Positions 43,889 to 54,411 of a stretch of DNA of 64,000 bases are shown piece after piece. The position numbers were made by a program, and so were the translations under genes. The notes beneath the pieces are model-generated. The model was not told the origin of the DNA, did no database searches, and saw only the letters and a list, made by a program, of their open reading frames with translations. Numbering within the stretch: position 1 is the first letter of the stretch; each line of letters starts with the position of its first letter. This DNA is from Desulfobacterales bacterium (GTDB lineage Bacteria > Desulfobacterota > Desulfobacteria > Desulfobacterales > UBA5852): NCBI GenBank assembly GCA_963674755.2, contig CAXXVS010000003.1:2272001-2336000 (forward strand), read 5' to 3'.

Positions 43889-45103
43889 ATGTCAAAACAA
43901 TACCTTAGCAAAAAAGAATTTTATGATATCAAACTTGCTGACGGCGAGCCGGTTTCAAAAGAAATGAGAAGAGACTGTTATGCCGTCTTTGCCTGCAGGC
44001 ATAAATTTTGTCGTGATGTTTGCCCGGTCTTTCTTGAAGTGCGTGATGAAAGCAGTGCATCGTATGGAATTCATACAGCTATTTTAGCCCATGCAGAAGG
44101 GCACGGAAAATTATCCGATTTGCAAGATGTCTGCACACTTTGTCTTGAGTGTGGCGCATGTGAGCTTCGTTGTCCAAATACTCTCTATACAGGAGATTTT
44201 TATGGGCAAACCACAACATTGGTAGACTTAGTTCGAAAACTTCGAAGAGATCTTATTGCTCAGGGAACACCCCCGACCAATTGGGAGGAGGTACAGAAAT
44301 ATATATTTGAGGATCTTGATCGAGAGAAAAGTAAAAATGGGGAAATTACGAAATGGGCTGAAGGGATTAATTTGCCAACAAAAAGTGATACAATCTTGTT
44401 TGTGGATTATTTCAATGCAAGCCAAACAACGGATGTTCCTAGAAATGCAGCAAAAATATTGAAAGCGGCAGGAGTTAAGTTCGGAATTTTGGATAAACTT
44501 TTTCCGACGATGGGGGAGCTATACGAAAGTGATATTGAAAAGTGGATTGATTTTGCCAAAAAAAATGTTGAAGCATTGAAAACTGCTGGTGCTAAAACGG
44601 TCGTTATGGTCAATCCTCATGACTATATGTTTTTCGTAAGAGAATACATTAAGTACATGGAACTCCCATTTGATGTCTATTTTATCACAGATTTTATCTT
44701 CAAGCTTCTTGAAGAGCATAAAATTGAATTGAAAAATGAGGTTAATATTAAAGCCACCTATCACGACCCGTGTTCATTGAACAAACACACTCTAGATTGG
44801 GAGGCTCCTAGAAAGTTGATTGAAGCGCTACCAGGAATTGATTTTTCCGCAGACGATCACATTACACAATGGGATTATTGTTGTGGAAATGGAATAAATA
44901 GTTTTAAGCGACTAAAGCCTGATATCGCTTATAAAATTGGCCTTAAGCGATTTAGTATGGCCGAAGAAGTTGGGGCTGAAAAGCTTATCGTAGCCTGCCC
45001 ACATTGTTTGGATCAATTTACAGAAGTAAAAGCAAAATCGGGCAATATAATTGAACCCGTGCATATTTTAGAGTTGATAAAGCAGTCAATGGGAATTGAA
45101 TAA
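43889..45103 (+). CDS. Fe-S oxidoreductase (GlcF/HdrD-like, ferredoxin plus CCG domain)
   Basis: CRHKFC..VCP, CLECGACELRCP, YHDPC, CCG, ACPHC. Confidence 0.88.
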   Translation: MSKQYLSKKEFYDIKLADGEPVSKEMRRDCYAVFACRHKFCRDVCPVFLEVRDESSASYGIHTAILAHAEGHGKLSDLQDVCTLCLECGACELRCPNTLYTGDFYGQTTTLVDLVRKLRRDLIAQGTPPTNWEEVQKYIFEDLDREKSKNGEITKWAEGINLPTKSDTILFVDYFNASQTTDVPRNAAKILKAAGVKFGILDKLFPTMGELYESDIEKWIDFAKKNVEALKTAGAKTVVMVNPHDYMFFVREYIKYMELPFDVYFITDFIFKLLEEHKIELKNEVNIKATYHDPCSLNKHTLDWEAPRKLIEALPGIDFSADDHITQWDYCCGNGINSFKRLKPDIAYKIGLKRFSMAEEVGAEKLIVACPHCLDQFTEVKAKSGNIIEPVHILELIKQSMGIE

Positions 45104-45126
45104 AGTATAATAAAGGAGAGATATAA

Positions 45127-45315
45127 ATGGCTGAAAACGTCATCATTAAAAATGGGCATTATTTAGTGGAAGATTGGCGAATGAAAGAGATCCTTACGCA
45201 AGAGATCAATGATTATGAAAGAGAACGAATTTCTAAAAATAGAGAAGAATGGTTAGATTGGATGAACAAGCACTTTGCGTACAAGACTATTCTCGCACCT
45301 AAAAAATATCTCTGA
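45127..45315 (+). CDS. 62-aa hypothetical protein
   Basis: Strong RBS AAGGAG, within the operon. Confidence 0.65.
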   Translation: MAENVIIKNGHYLVEDWRMKEILTQEINDYERERISKNREEWLDWMNKHFAYKTILAPKKYL

Positions 45316-45443
45316 TATTATATTGCGATTGAACTATAAAAGAAATTTTCAATAGGCAAATGGGGTGGATTCTTATTCGAATTCGATAACGTGAAAAATT
45401 TCGATGATATTCCATCCCATTTTGTTTCTATTCTGGAGGTAAA

Positions 45444-46226
45444 ATGAATATCACGGTTTTATTAAAACACGTGGTTGATTCAACAGAGGTTAGATTTGAT
45501 AAAAATACTGGTGAGTTAAGACTTAGAGGCCTGCCAGAAAAGATTAGTGATTATGACAAGCATGCCATTGAAGAAGCCATCAGGTTAAAATCAAAATTTG
45601 GTGGAACTGTAACAGCTATCAGCTTTGGCAAAAAGGATGCTCTTAAATCGTTAAAAGAAGCCGTCGCAATGGGCGCTGACAATGGTATTCTTATCAATCA
45701 CCCTCAAGTCGATCAAATCTACGATCCCTATTATATCGCTACGGTTTTGGGTAAGGTAATCGAAAAAAACGATAATTGTGATTTAGTATTATGTGGTGTT
45801 ATGTCTGAGGATATTACTAATAAAATTGTTGGACCAATGATAGCTGCCAGTATTAATTTTAATTATATTCCTAATGTATCAAAAATGTCGATTGAAGACA
45901 ACTCCAAATTTAAAGCACTTTGTGAAATAGACGAATACGAAATTGAAGTAGAAGCATCGTTTCCTATTGTTATATCTGTTAGTAGAAAAATAAATGAGCC
46001 TCGTTTAGCTACAAAAATACAAATAATGAAGGTGCAAGGCAAAAAAATATCTACAATTTCATTAGAGGACATAGGAATGACTGAGAGCGTTGAAGCCGGA
46101 AGCGCTTGTCATTTTGAGTCATTCACGCCAATCACAAAAGAAAGAAAACATGTAATATTTGAGGGAGATGCAACAAGCGCAGTTAAAGAGTTAATTAATA
46201 AACTGGAACAGGAGAAAGTTCTGTGA
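45444..46226 (+). CDS. etfB: electron transfer flavoprotein beta subunit
   Basis: LKHVVD, YDKHAIEEAIRLK, AMGAD, INEPRL. Confidence 0.92.
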   Translation: MNITVLLKHVVDSTEVRFDKNTGELRLRGLPEKISDYDKHAIEEAIRLKSKFGGTVTAISFGKKDALKSLKEAVAMGADNGILINHPQVDQIYDPYYIATVLGKVIEKNDNCDLVLCGVMSEDITNKIVGPMIAASINFNYIPNVSKMSIEDNSKFKALCEIDEYEIEVEASFPIVISVSRKINEPRLATKIQIMKVQGKKISTISLEDIGMTESVEAGSACHFESFTPITKERKHVIFEGDATSAVKELINKLEQEKVL

Positions 46227-47080
46227 AAACAATCATTATTTCATCTGATGAAAATAATTTAAAGAAAATATATAAATATGCAGAGCAAATTGAAAGTATC
46301 GAGCATTGTGATTTCATAGTATTTAATACAAATGATGGTTTTATTAAAAATTTAAAAAATTCTTTAGTGAATGAAATAGATATCGCTAATGTAGATCTTT
46401 TTCTGTTGTCAGACTCGGATAAAGATCAAGAAATTGCTTCTGTATTAACTGCGCTTACAAATGGAAGTTGTTCGACAAATTGTTCGAAAGTTTACACTGA
46501 AAACAATAAGCTATGCGTGGAGAGGGAAGTATTCGGAGGCATTGCTTACCTTAAATTAGCTATGGTAAAAATGCCAGCTATAATTAGTTTGTCAAGCGGT
46601 TTGCTGAATGACCAAGCCATACATGAATTTAATGTTCAATTTAAACGAATTGATACAAAAATCGATTGTGATGAAATCAAAATTCTTTCAAAAAACAAAA
46701 TTAAAAAAAGCGTTGATATTACATCGGCTAAAAAAATCGTATCTGTTGGACGAGGAATTGGTCAAAAGGAAAGAATAGAAATTATTGAAAAGCTTGCTCA
46801 AAAACTCGATGCAGAGGTTGGATGCTCTCGTCCCATTTCAGAAGATTACAGATGGTTGCCAATTGAAAGGCAGGTCGGGCTCACGGGTGAGACTGTTAAG
46901 CCCACTTTATATGTTGCAGTAGGTATTTCAGGCCAAGTGCAGCACATCGTTGGCATGAGGGACTCGAAAGTTGTGGTCGCTATTAACAACAATAAGTCTG
47001 CGCCTATATTCGAGTATTGCGATTATGGAATTGTTGGAGACCTCTTCGAAATAGTGCCTATTTTAGAAAATACGATATAG
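46223..47080 (+). CDS. etfA: electron transfer flavoprotein alpha subunit (short, divergent N-domain)
   Basis: VSVGRG, GCSRP, QVGLTG, GISGQVQH, APIF...DYGIVGD. Confidence 0.92.
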   Translation: MKTIIISSDENNLKKIYKYAEQIESIEHCDFIVFNTNDGFIKNLKNSLVNEIDIANVDLFLLSDSDKDQEIASVLTALTNGSCSTNCSKVYTENNKLCVEREVFGGIAYLKLAMVKMPAIISLSSGLLNDQAIHEFNVQFKRIDTKIDCDEIKILSKNKIKKSVDITSAKKIVSVGRGIGQKERIEIIEKLAQKLDAEVGCSRPISEDYRWLPIERQVGLTGETVKPTLYVAVGISGQVQHIVGMRDSKVVVAINNNKSAPIFEYCDYGIVGDLFEIVPILENTI

Positions 47081-47149
47081 AAAATGCAACACATCAAATT
47101 CTACTATAATTTTATGCCGCATTGAGAATAAAGGGAGTTTATAAGGAAA

Positions 47150-49180
47150 ATGGTCGAACGTAAATTTCTACCGTTTATGCCTGATTCAACAATTATATTT
47201 GTATACATTTATGCGTTCATAACTGTGTTCATATTCCTTCTGGGTATCAAAAGAAATGTAACAAGATATGACATAACTATCAGAGAATTTGTCAAAAATA
47301 TTTGCCAGAATTTAAAGATAAACAAAAAAGGAATATCCGATTTTATAAGTTACATTATTCTGCAGAAAAAAACCCAAGAACAAAGTTTTGGGAAAATAGG
47401 TCACTCCACTATTTATTTTGGATGTTTAATTTTGTTGATAGGGACAACAATTGTAGCTATCGATGAAGACATTTTAAGCAAAATTAGTGATTTAAAAATT
47501 TTAAGAGGTAACTTTTATATTCTTTTTGAATTTGTACTTGATACAGCAGGAATATTTGTGTTCTTTGGGGCAATTTACGCAATTTATCGAAGATTTATAG
47601 TTAAGCCTAAATATTTATACACGGATATAAATGATTATATAATACCAATACTTTTGATTATTATTATTTCGACTGGCTTTGTTTTAGAAGCATACCGGTT
47701 GCATTTAGATAACAATCCTGTTGCAAAATATTCCTATGTTGGGAATTTTATTAGTTCCAAACTGTTTTTAATTGATGAATCTTTATCCGGTATAAACAAC
47801 TATAGATTACTATGGTATTTTCATTTTATAATGGCGCTCCTTTTAATATGTCTTATCCCATTTAGCAAATTAAAGCATATATTTCTAATCCCTCTAAACT
47901 TTATAGTATCTCCACCTAAGAAGCGCCACCGAAATGCTAAACTAGATGTACCATTTAACATTCTGGAAATCGATGAGAATGATGAAGAATGTGAAGCTTT
48001 AGAAAATATTGGTGTAGGTTCAATAGCGCAAATTAGATGGAATGATCGTCTGCAAATATCAAGTTGCATAAATTGTGGCAGGTGTGAGGAAGTATGTCCG
48101 GCAAATAGCTCAGGAAGGTTGCTTTCACCAAGAAATGTAATACAGAAAATAGCAAGAAAAATTGAGAATGCTGAAAATAAAATAGAACTGTTTGAACATA
48201 TAATCAAAACTGAAGAAATCTGGGGGTGCACAAATTGCTATGCATGTATTGAAGTTTGCCCTGCATTTATTCGTCATGTAGATAAATTTTTAGATTTTAG
48301 ACGTTTTATTGTTAATACGAATTTTGAAGATGAGGCTAAAATTAACATTTTTGGCAATATCGATCGGAATGGCAACCCATACGGTTTGGCGTCCTACCAA
48401 AGAACTGAGTGGCTTTCAGATCATGAAGTCTCTACTATAGATGAAGAAGATGAATTTGATTACCTTTACTTTATCGGTTGTTCATCATCATACGATCAGC
48501 GGTGCCAAGAAATCACGAAATCCGTAATAAATATTTTAAATCATGCCAATATTAATTTCGTAATTTTAGGAGAGCACGAAATATGTTGTGGAGAGCCTGC
48601 CAAAAGAATGGGAGAAGAAGGCCTTTTTCAGATGACAGCTATTCAGAACATAGAAAAATTTGAAGAATATGGTGTTAAAAATATAATCGTTCATTGCCCG
48701 CATTGCTACAACATGCTTAAACACGAATATCCAGAATTTAACGGAAATTATAATGTAATCTACCATGCAGATATGATTGACAATCTTTTAAAGAGTCAAT
48801 CAATAAAATTAAAAACAAATATTCAAAAAACTTCTCTGACTTATCATGATCCTTGCAATATCGGTAGGCTTAATGGAATTTTTAATAGCCCAAGAGAGGT
48901 TATTAATAGGGTTGGCCAACTACGAGAAATGGATCGCAATAAAGAATCGTCATTTTGTTGTGGTGGCGGTGGTGGTAACGCTTTTTTTAAAATTCCAGAA
49001 AAAAGACGCATTAGTCAAATTAGGATTCAGGAAGCATTGAATACAGGCGCTTCATCAATCGTAGCGGCATGCCCTTTCTGTATGATAATGCTTGAAGATG
49101 CAAAAGGAAATATTGAAAACAGCAGGTCTATTACAAATGTTTACGATATCGCTGAGTTGGTTAGTATGCATCTAAATTAG
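47150..49180 (+). CDS. membrane-bound Fe-S oxidoreductase (NarI-like TM + ferredoxin + CCG; FadF/ETF:menaquinone oxidoreductase-like)
   Basis: N-terminal TM helices with His (WYFH, PFSKLKH), CINCGRC..VCP, CTNCYAC..VCP, two CCG motifs. Confidence 0.88.
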   Translation: MVERKFLPFMPDSTIIFVYIYAFITVFIFLLGIKRNVTRYDITIREFVKNICQNLKINKKGISDFISYIILQKKTQEQSFGKIGHSTIYFGCLILLIGTTIVAIDEDILSKISDLKILRGNFYILFEFVLDTAGIFVFFGAIYAIYRRFIVKPKYLYTDINDYIIPILLIIIISTGFVLEAYRLHLDNNPVAKYSYVGNFISSKLFLIDESLSGINNYRLLWYFHFIMALLLICLIPFSKLKHIFLIPLNFIVSPPKKRHRNAKLDVPFNILEIDENDEECEALENIGVGSIAQIRWNDRLQISSCINCGRCEEVCPANSSGRLLSPRNVIQKIARKIENAENKIELFEHIIKTEEIWGCTNCYACIEVCPAFIRHVDKFLDFRRFIVNTNFEDEAKINIFGNIDRNGNPYGLASYQRTEWLSDHEVSTIDEEDEFDYLYFIGCSSSYDQRCQEITKSVINILNHANINFVILGEHEICCGEPAKRMGEEGLFQMTAIQNIEKFEEYGVKNIIVHCPHCYNMLKHEYPEFNGNYNVIYHADMIDNLLKSQSIKLKTNIQKTSLTYHDPCNIGRLNGIFNSPREVINRVGQLREMDRNKESSFCCGGGGGNAFFKIPEKRRISQIRIQEALNTGASSIVAACPFCMIMLEDAKGNIENSRSITNVYDIAELVSMHLN

Positions 49181-49236
49181 AAAAGCGACTTTGTTTAACC
49201 ATAAACGAAGTACTTAAATTGAAAGGAGGATTTTAA

Positions 49237-49455
49237 ATGAGCAGGCAAGTTAATCTTGTTATCGATCTTCCCGGCGCCGATCAAAACTTGAAAAATGACA
49301 TTTATGAACGGATCACAGATTTCGAAAAAAAATACGAAAAAAAATTGGTTGTCAACGAGGGGGGATGGGTTCCAAAAGTTCAGAAAATTGACTATATTGT
49401 TGCATGGATAGGAGGTCTTTTGATTACGATTTGGATGGCTCTTGTTTTTATATAG
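49237..49455 (+). CDS. 72-aa protein with C-terminal TM helix
   Basis: RBS AAGGAGG; YIVAWIGGLLITIWMALVFI; directly upstream of the permease. Confidence 0.7.
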   Translation: MSRQVNLVIDLPGADQNLKNDIYERITDFEKKYEKKLVVNEGGWVPKVQKIDYIVAWIGGLLITIWMALVFI

Positions 49456-49500
49456 AATTTGCACTCATGTATAAAATGAGCAAATAAGGGGGGAGATATT

Positions 49501-50940
49501 ATGGGGCGCGGAATATCGAATGAAATTAACAATGAAATTTACTTCAATGCTGTTCCGGCTAGTAACAAGGATAGAATTTATGGGATGGGAGACTTTGTAG
49601 CGATACAGATTTGTTTTGGAATCGCCGCATGGTTTTTTTTGGTCGGTAGTCTGACCGGTCTTACAGTTAATGCATCCGAATCAATTCCAATTGTGCTCTT
49701 TGGAAATTGCGTGCCACTCATCCTAGTTGCTCCATTGGCGGTAATATTCGCCCGATACGGCACTGAGCAATGGGCAGGTTCGGCAGCCGTATTGGGCCAC
49801 CGATTTAAAGATGTTTGGGTTTTTATTTACATTACATCAAGCTTTGGATGGATTGCCTACTCAGCTTTTCTATTCGGAGAAAGTGCTATCAAATTTGTAA
49901 AATTCTTTAACGGCCCTGAATTTTTAAGCGCTGAAGTTCCAGGCGCTATTATTTTTGCGTTCATTGCTACCGGTATAGGGGCATGGATTGCTTATCTTGG
50001 CCCAAATACCTTAAAATGGTTTACAAGAATGTCTGCGGCCTTTTTGCTGGCTGTTCTTGGTTGGTTTATATACATCATGCTCAATAAATATGGCGCCGAT
50101 TATATATTTTCGCAAACCCCGGCAGAACCCATGGAAACGCTTGCTTGGAGCAGAGCATCAGCTATTGAATGGAATGTTGGATTGGGTTTTTCATGGGCAT
50201 TCTGGTATGGTGCTTGGACTCGATTGGCAAAAAACGAAAGTGCTGCCTTTCACGGTTGTTTATGGGGTTGGGGTCTTCTAGCGTGTACAGCCGGTATTTT
50301 TTCAGCATTTTCTGCATTGGTGCTTAAAGTCTATGACCCAAGTGAGTGGATTATAGCAATGGGTAGTCCGATTATGGCTGTTATCGGGCTGGTTATGTTT
50401 GCCCTTGCCAATATCGGTTCGATTACTTGCCTTGTTTATCCAATGTCAATAGCCTACCGTAGCCGATTCCCTAAATCTAAATGGGGGACCTCTGTCATAA
50501 TTTGTTCGGTTTTTGCGCTAATATTAGAAAATCCCGTTGTTTTCGAATCTTATGGTGTTTATTTGGCCTATATTGCTCTCCTCGCAGGGGCTTACGGTGG
50601 CATCATGATGTCAGACTACTTTCTGATCAGTAGAGGAAAATGGGCATGGTCCCTAAGAGGAATATATAACGTTAACTCTGAATATAAATACTGGCATGGG
50701 TTTAACCCTGCCGCTGTCATAGCTACCATATCAGCTTCATTGTTCTATTTGTGGACTCTTGAGCCCTTAACTTGGACAAGCTCTAATGGTCTATTCCCAT
50801 ACATTACTGCAGGGATACCTTCCTTTTTCGTTGCTTTTATAGTTTATGCAGTAGCAATGAAAGTGTGGGTTATGAGAACCATGACGCCTCCATTAGAGGA
50901 AGTATCAGAGGATTATCGCGTTATACCCAAGACTACTTAG
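49501..50940 (+). CDS. NCS1 (cytosine/purine permease family) transporter
   Basis: About 12 TM; VLFGN, ARYG, WTRLAK, GIMMSDYF, YWHGFNPAA. Confidence 0.82.
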   Translation: MGRGISNEINNEIYFNAVPASNKDRIYGMGDFVAIQICFGIAAWFFLVGSLTGLTVNASESIPIVLFGNCVPLILVAPLAVIFARYGTEQWAGSAAVLGHRFKDVWVFIYITSSFGWIAYSAFLFGESAIKFVKFFNGPEFLSAEVPGAIIFAFIATGIGAWIAYLGPNTLKWFTRMSAAFLLAVLGWFIYIMLNKYGADYIFSQTPAEPMETLAWSRASAIEWNVGLGFSWAFWYGAWTRLAKNESAAFHGCLWGWGLLACTAGIFSAFSALVLKVYDPSEWIIAMGSPIMAVIGLVMFALANIGSITCLVYPMSIAYRSRFPKSKWGTSVIICSVFALILENPVVFESYGVYLAYIALLAGAYGGIMMSDYFLISRGKWAWSLRGIYNVNSEYKYWHGFNPAAVIATISASLFYLWTLEPLTWTSSNGLFPYITAGIPSFFVAFIVYAVAMKVWVMRTMTPPLEEVSEDYRVIPKTT

Positions 50941-51007
50941 GTGATGATGTTTTTATAATAAGTATTCATATTTAATTATTTAAAATAAATTATACAGGAA
51001 AAATATC

Positions 51008-51460
51008 ATGGAAGAGATATTATTTAAGAAAATATTGGTTACGGTAAGCTTAACCGAAATAACCTATAAAGCCATTCCCTATGAAAAATATATTTTACAA
51101 AAATTTGATTGTGAAACGCATTTATTGTTTGTTGCCCGCATAGGTCGTGATGATCTTTTAAACACTCCTGGAGAGGCAATGAAAATAAAAAAGGAGGTAC
51201 AAGAAAATGCTGAGAAAAAGCTTAACGATCATGTTGAAAAGTATTTTAAAAATGAAGGCGTAATTGCATGTGTTAAGGTAGGAGATCCCGCAGATGCGAT
51301 TATTGATTATATTAATAATGAAGAAATCGACTTCGTTCTTATGGGAACACATGGAAGAAGGGGCATCAAAAAGACATTTTTAGGAAGTGTGGCAGAGGAT
51401 GTAATCAAACGATCACCTGCTCCTGTCGTAGTTATAAATCCATTCAGAGTAAAAAGTTAG
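51008..51460 (+). CDS. universal stress protein
   Basis: KKILV, GDPADAI, MGTHGRRG...LGSVAEDV. Confidence 0.92.
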   Translation: MEEILFKKILVTVSLTEITYKAIPYEKYILQKFDCETHLLFVARIGRDDLLNTPGEAMKIKKEVQENAEKKLNDHVEKYFKNEGVIACVKVGDPADAIIDYINNEEIDFVLMGTHGRRGIKKTFLGSVAEDVIKRSPAPVVVINPFRVKS

Positions 51461-51549
51461 ATCTAACCAATTTGTAAAATTATTATTTATTTATATGAGG
51501 GTTGTTAATTCTATAATTTATATAAAATTTCTAAGGGAGTTTAGCAATA

Positions 51550-54276
51550 ATGGTAAAGAAACAGCTGGTGATCAATCAGGTTCCCCGAACCCTCATTGTG
51601 GACGCGGACAGCTCTCTGGCCCAGGTGCTCCGGGAACAATTGCGCCTCACCGGCACCAAGGTGGGCTGCGGCCAGGGGCAATGCGGCTGCTGCAATGTCA
51701 TTTTGAACGACAAGCTGGTGCGCTCCTGCGTGACCCCCATGAACAAAGTCCCGGACGGCGCCCATATCCTGACCATCGAGGGCCTGGGGGACGCGACCCA
51801 CCTGCATCCGGTCCAGCTCTCCTGGATGGTGCACGGCGGCGCCCAGTGCGGCTTTTGCAGCCCGGGCTTCATCGTTTCCACCAAGGCCCTCCTGGACAGC
51901 AACCCCGATCCCAGCCGGGAAGACATCCGCCGCTGGTTCCAGGTGCACCGCAACGCCTGCCGCTGCACCGGCTACAAACAACTGGTGGATGCGGTCCAGG
52001 ATGCGGGCCGCGTGCTGCGGGGCGAACTCACCATGGAAGAGCTCATGTTCAAGATCCCGGCCGACGGCCGCATCTGGGGCAGCACCATTCCCCGCCCCAG
52101 CGCCCTGGCCAAGGTCACCGGCACCTGCGACTACGGGGCCGACACCGGCGTCAAAATGCCGCCCGAGACCCTGCAGCTGGCCCTGGTGCAGGCCGAGATC
52201 TCCCATGCCAATATCCGCGCCATCGATACCGCCGACGCCGAAAAGATGCCCGGGGTGGTCAAGATCCTCACCCACCGGGATGTCCAGGGCAAAAACCGCA
52301 TCAACGGGCTGGTGCTGTTTCCGGTGGGCCATCTGGGGGACGGCTGGGACAGGCCCATCCTGTGCGATGAGAAAGTCTACCAGTATGGGGATGCCATCGC
52401 CATCGTCTGCGCCGACAGCGAGGCCCATGCCCGGGCCGCGGCCGCCAAGGTCAAGGTCGACCTGGAGCCCCTGCCGGCTTATATGAGCGCCCCGGCCGCC
52501 ATGGCCGAGGATGCCATCGAGATCCACCCGGGCACCCCCAATATCTATTTCACCCAGAAGATCATCAAGGGCGAGGATACGGTCCCCGTTTTCCGCGATG
52601 CCGCCCATGTGATCGAGGACGACTTCTATGTGGGCCGCCAGCCCCACATGCCCATGGAACCGGATGTGGGCTACGCCTATCTGGACGATGAGGAGGGGCT
52701 GCATATCGGCAGCAAGTCCATCGCGCTTTACACCCATCACCTGATGATCGCCGAGGGGTTGGGCGTGGCGCCGGAAAAACTCTTCCTGGCCCAGAACCCC
52801 ACCGGCGGCACCTTCGGCTATAAATTCAGCCCCACCATGGAAGCCCTCGTGGGAGTGGCCTGTCTGGCTACGGGCCGGCCCGTGGTCCTGCGCTACGACT
52901 ACCATCAGCAGATGACCTATACGGGCAAACGCTCGCCCTTTTTCATTCACCTGCGCCTGGCCGCCGATGCCGACGGCAAGCTTTTGGGCATGGAATCGGA
53001 CTGGACCGTGGACCACGGGCCCTATTCCGAATTCGGCGACTTGCTCACCCAGCGGGGCGCCCAATTTATCGGTGCGGGCTACGATATCCCCCACATCCGG
53101 GGCATCGGCCGTACGGTGTGCACCAACCACGCCTGGGGATCGGCCTTCCGGGCCTATGGCGGCCCCCAGAGCGAATTCGCCTCCGAGGTGCTCATGGACC
53201 TCCTGGCCGAGAAGCTCGGCCAGGATCCCCTGGAGCTGCGCTACGCCAACGTGCTGCGGCCCGGGGCCACCATGCCCCACGGACAGGCCCCCGAAGTCTA
53301 CAGCTATCCTGAAATGCTCGACATCCTGCGGCCCAAGTACCAGGAGGCCCTGAAGCGAACCCGGGCCGCCTCCAGCGACACGCTCAAACGCGGGGTGGGC
53401 ATTTCCCTGGGCATGTACGGCTGCGGCGGCGACGGACCGGATCCTTCGGCCGTGGCGGCCGAGTTGGGGCCGGACAACAGCGTCACCATCTACAACACCT
53501 GGTCCGACCACGGCCAGGGCGCCGACGCCGGCACCCTGGGCACGGCCCACGAGGCCCTGCGCCCCCTCGGGGTGCCGCCGGAAAAGATCCGCCTCGTGAT
53601 GAACGACATGGCCACTTGCCCGGACAGCGGCCCCTCGGGCGGCAGCCGCCAGCAGGTGGTCACCGGCCGGGCCATCATCGCCGCCTGCCAGGCCCTGCTG
53701 GATGCCATGCGCAAATCCGACGGCAGCTACCGCACCTTTGATGAGATGCAGGCCGAAGGCCTGCCCCTCAAATACGAGGGCCAGTGGACCACACCCTGCA
53801 CGGTCTGCGATGAAAACGGCAAAGGCGACCCCTTCCCGGTCTATATGTACGGGGTTTTCATGGCCGAGGTGGCCGTGGAAACCGCTACAGGCAAAACCAC
53901 GGTGGAAAAGATGACCCTGGTGGCCGACATCGGCAAGATCAACAACCGTCTGGTCACCGACGGGCAGATTTTCGGGGGGCTGGCCCAGGGCATCGGCCTG
54001 GCCCTGTGGGAGGATTTCGAAGACATTCAAAAGCACAGTACCCTCAAGGGCGCAGGGTTTCCCTATTGCGAACAGATCCCGGACACCATGGAAATCATCT
54101 ATGTGGAAAACAGCCGCCCCGAGGGTCCCTTCGGGGCAGCCGGGGTCGGGGAACTGCCGCTGACCAGCCCCCATGCGGCCATCATCAACGCCATCAACAA
54201 GGCCTGCGGCGTCTGCATCAAACAGCTGCCGGCCCTGCCGGAGAAAGTGCTGGCCGGGTTGAAAAGCGATAGGTAA
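51550..54276 (+). CDS. mop: molybdopterin aldehyde oxidoreductase (Desulfovibrio Mop-like)
   Basis: 2Fe-2S motifs GCGQGQCGCC, QCGFC, CRCTGY; GGTFGYKFSP, AFRAYG, GVGELP; 908 aa. Confidence 0.92.
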   Translation: MVKKQLVINQVPRTLIVDADSSLAQVLREQLRLTGTKVGCGQGQCGCCNVILNDKLVRSCVTPMNKVPDGAHILTIEGLGDATHLHPVQLSWMVHGGAQCGFCSPGFIVSTKALLDSNPDPSREDIRRWFQVHRNACRCTGYKQLVDAVQDAGRVLRGELTMEELMFKIPADGRIWGSTIPRPSALAKVTGTCDYGADTGVKMPPETLQLALVQAEISHANIRAIDTADAEKMPGVVKILTHRDVQGKNRINGLVLFPVGHLGDGWDRPILCDEKVYQYGDAIAIVCADSEAHARAAAAKVKVDLEPLPAYMSAPAAMAEDAIEIHPGTPNIYFTQKIIKGEDTVPVFRDAAHVIEDDFYVGRQPHMPMEPDVGYAYLDDEEGLHIGSKSIALYTHHLMIAEGLGVAPEKLFLAQNPTGGTFGYKFSPTMEALVGVACLATGRPVVLRYDYHQQMTYTGKRSPFFIHLRLAADADGKLLGMESDWTVDHGPYSEFGDLLTQRGAQFIGAGYDIPHIRGIGRTVCTNHAWGSAFRAYGGPQSEFASEVLMDLLAEKLGQDPLELRYANVLRPGATMPHGQAPEVYSYPEMLDILRPKYQEALKRTRAASSDTLKRGVGISLGMYGCGGDGPDPSAVAAELGPDNSVTIYNTWSDHGQGADAGTLGTAHEALRPLGVPPEKIRLVMNDMATCPDSGPSGGSRQQVVTGRAIIAACQALLDAMRKSDGSYRTFDEMQAEGLPLKYEGQWTTPCTVCDENGKGDPFPVYMYGVFMAEVAVETATGKTTVEKMTLVADIGKINNRLVTDGQIFGGLAQGIGLALWEDFEDIQKHSTLKGAGFPYCEQIPDTMEIIYVENSRPEGPFGAAGVGELPLTSPHAAIINAINKACGVCIKQLPALPEKVLAGLKSDR

Positions 54277-54411
54277 TCAGCTGGAGTTTCGCTTCGCTCC
54301 CGACGTATTGACTGTTAGCGCCTCTGGCAATCACCCGGAGCGCGTTAGCTAAGTGGCCCTATTCACAAATACGATGACATTCGGTCGCCAATCAATCCTG
54401 TCTGGACGGCG

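Noticed and set aside
51541..54174. Long antisense or alternate-frame ORFs (also 135-1613, 3113-5422, 15575-17407, 55225-56916 and others)
   Set aside because: Shadows of GC-rich genes with clear family motifs on the other strand
54273..54350. attC-like sequence after mop (GCTTCGCTCC, GTTAGCG, GTTAGCT)
   Set aside because: No convincing left box or paired inner arms
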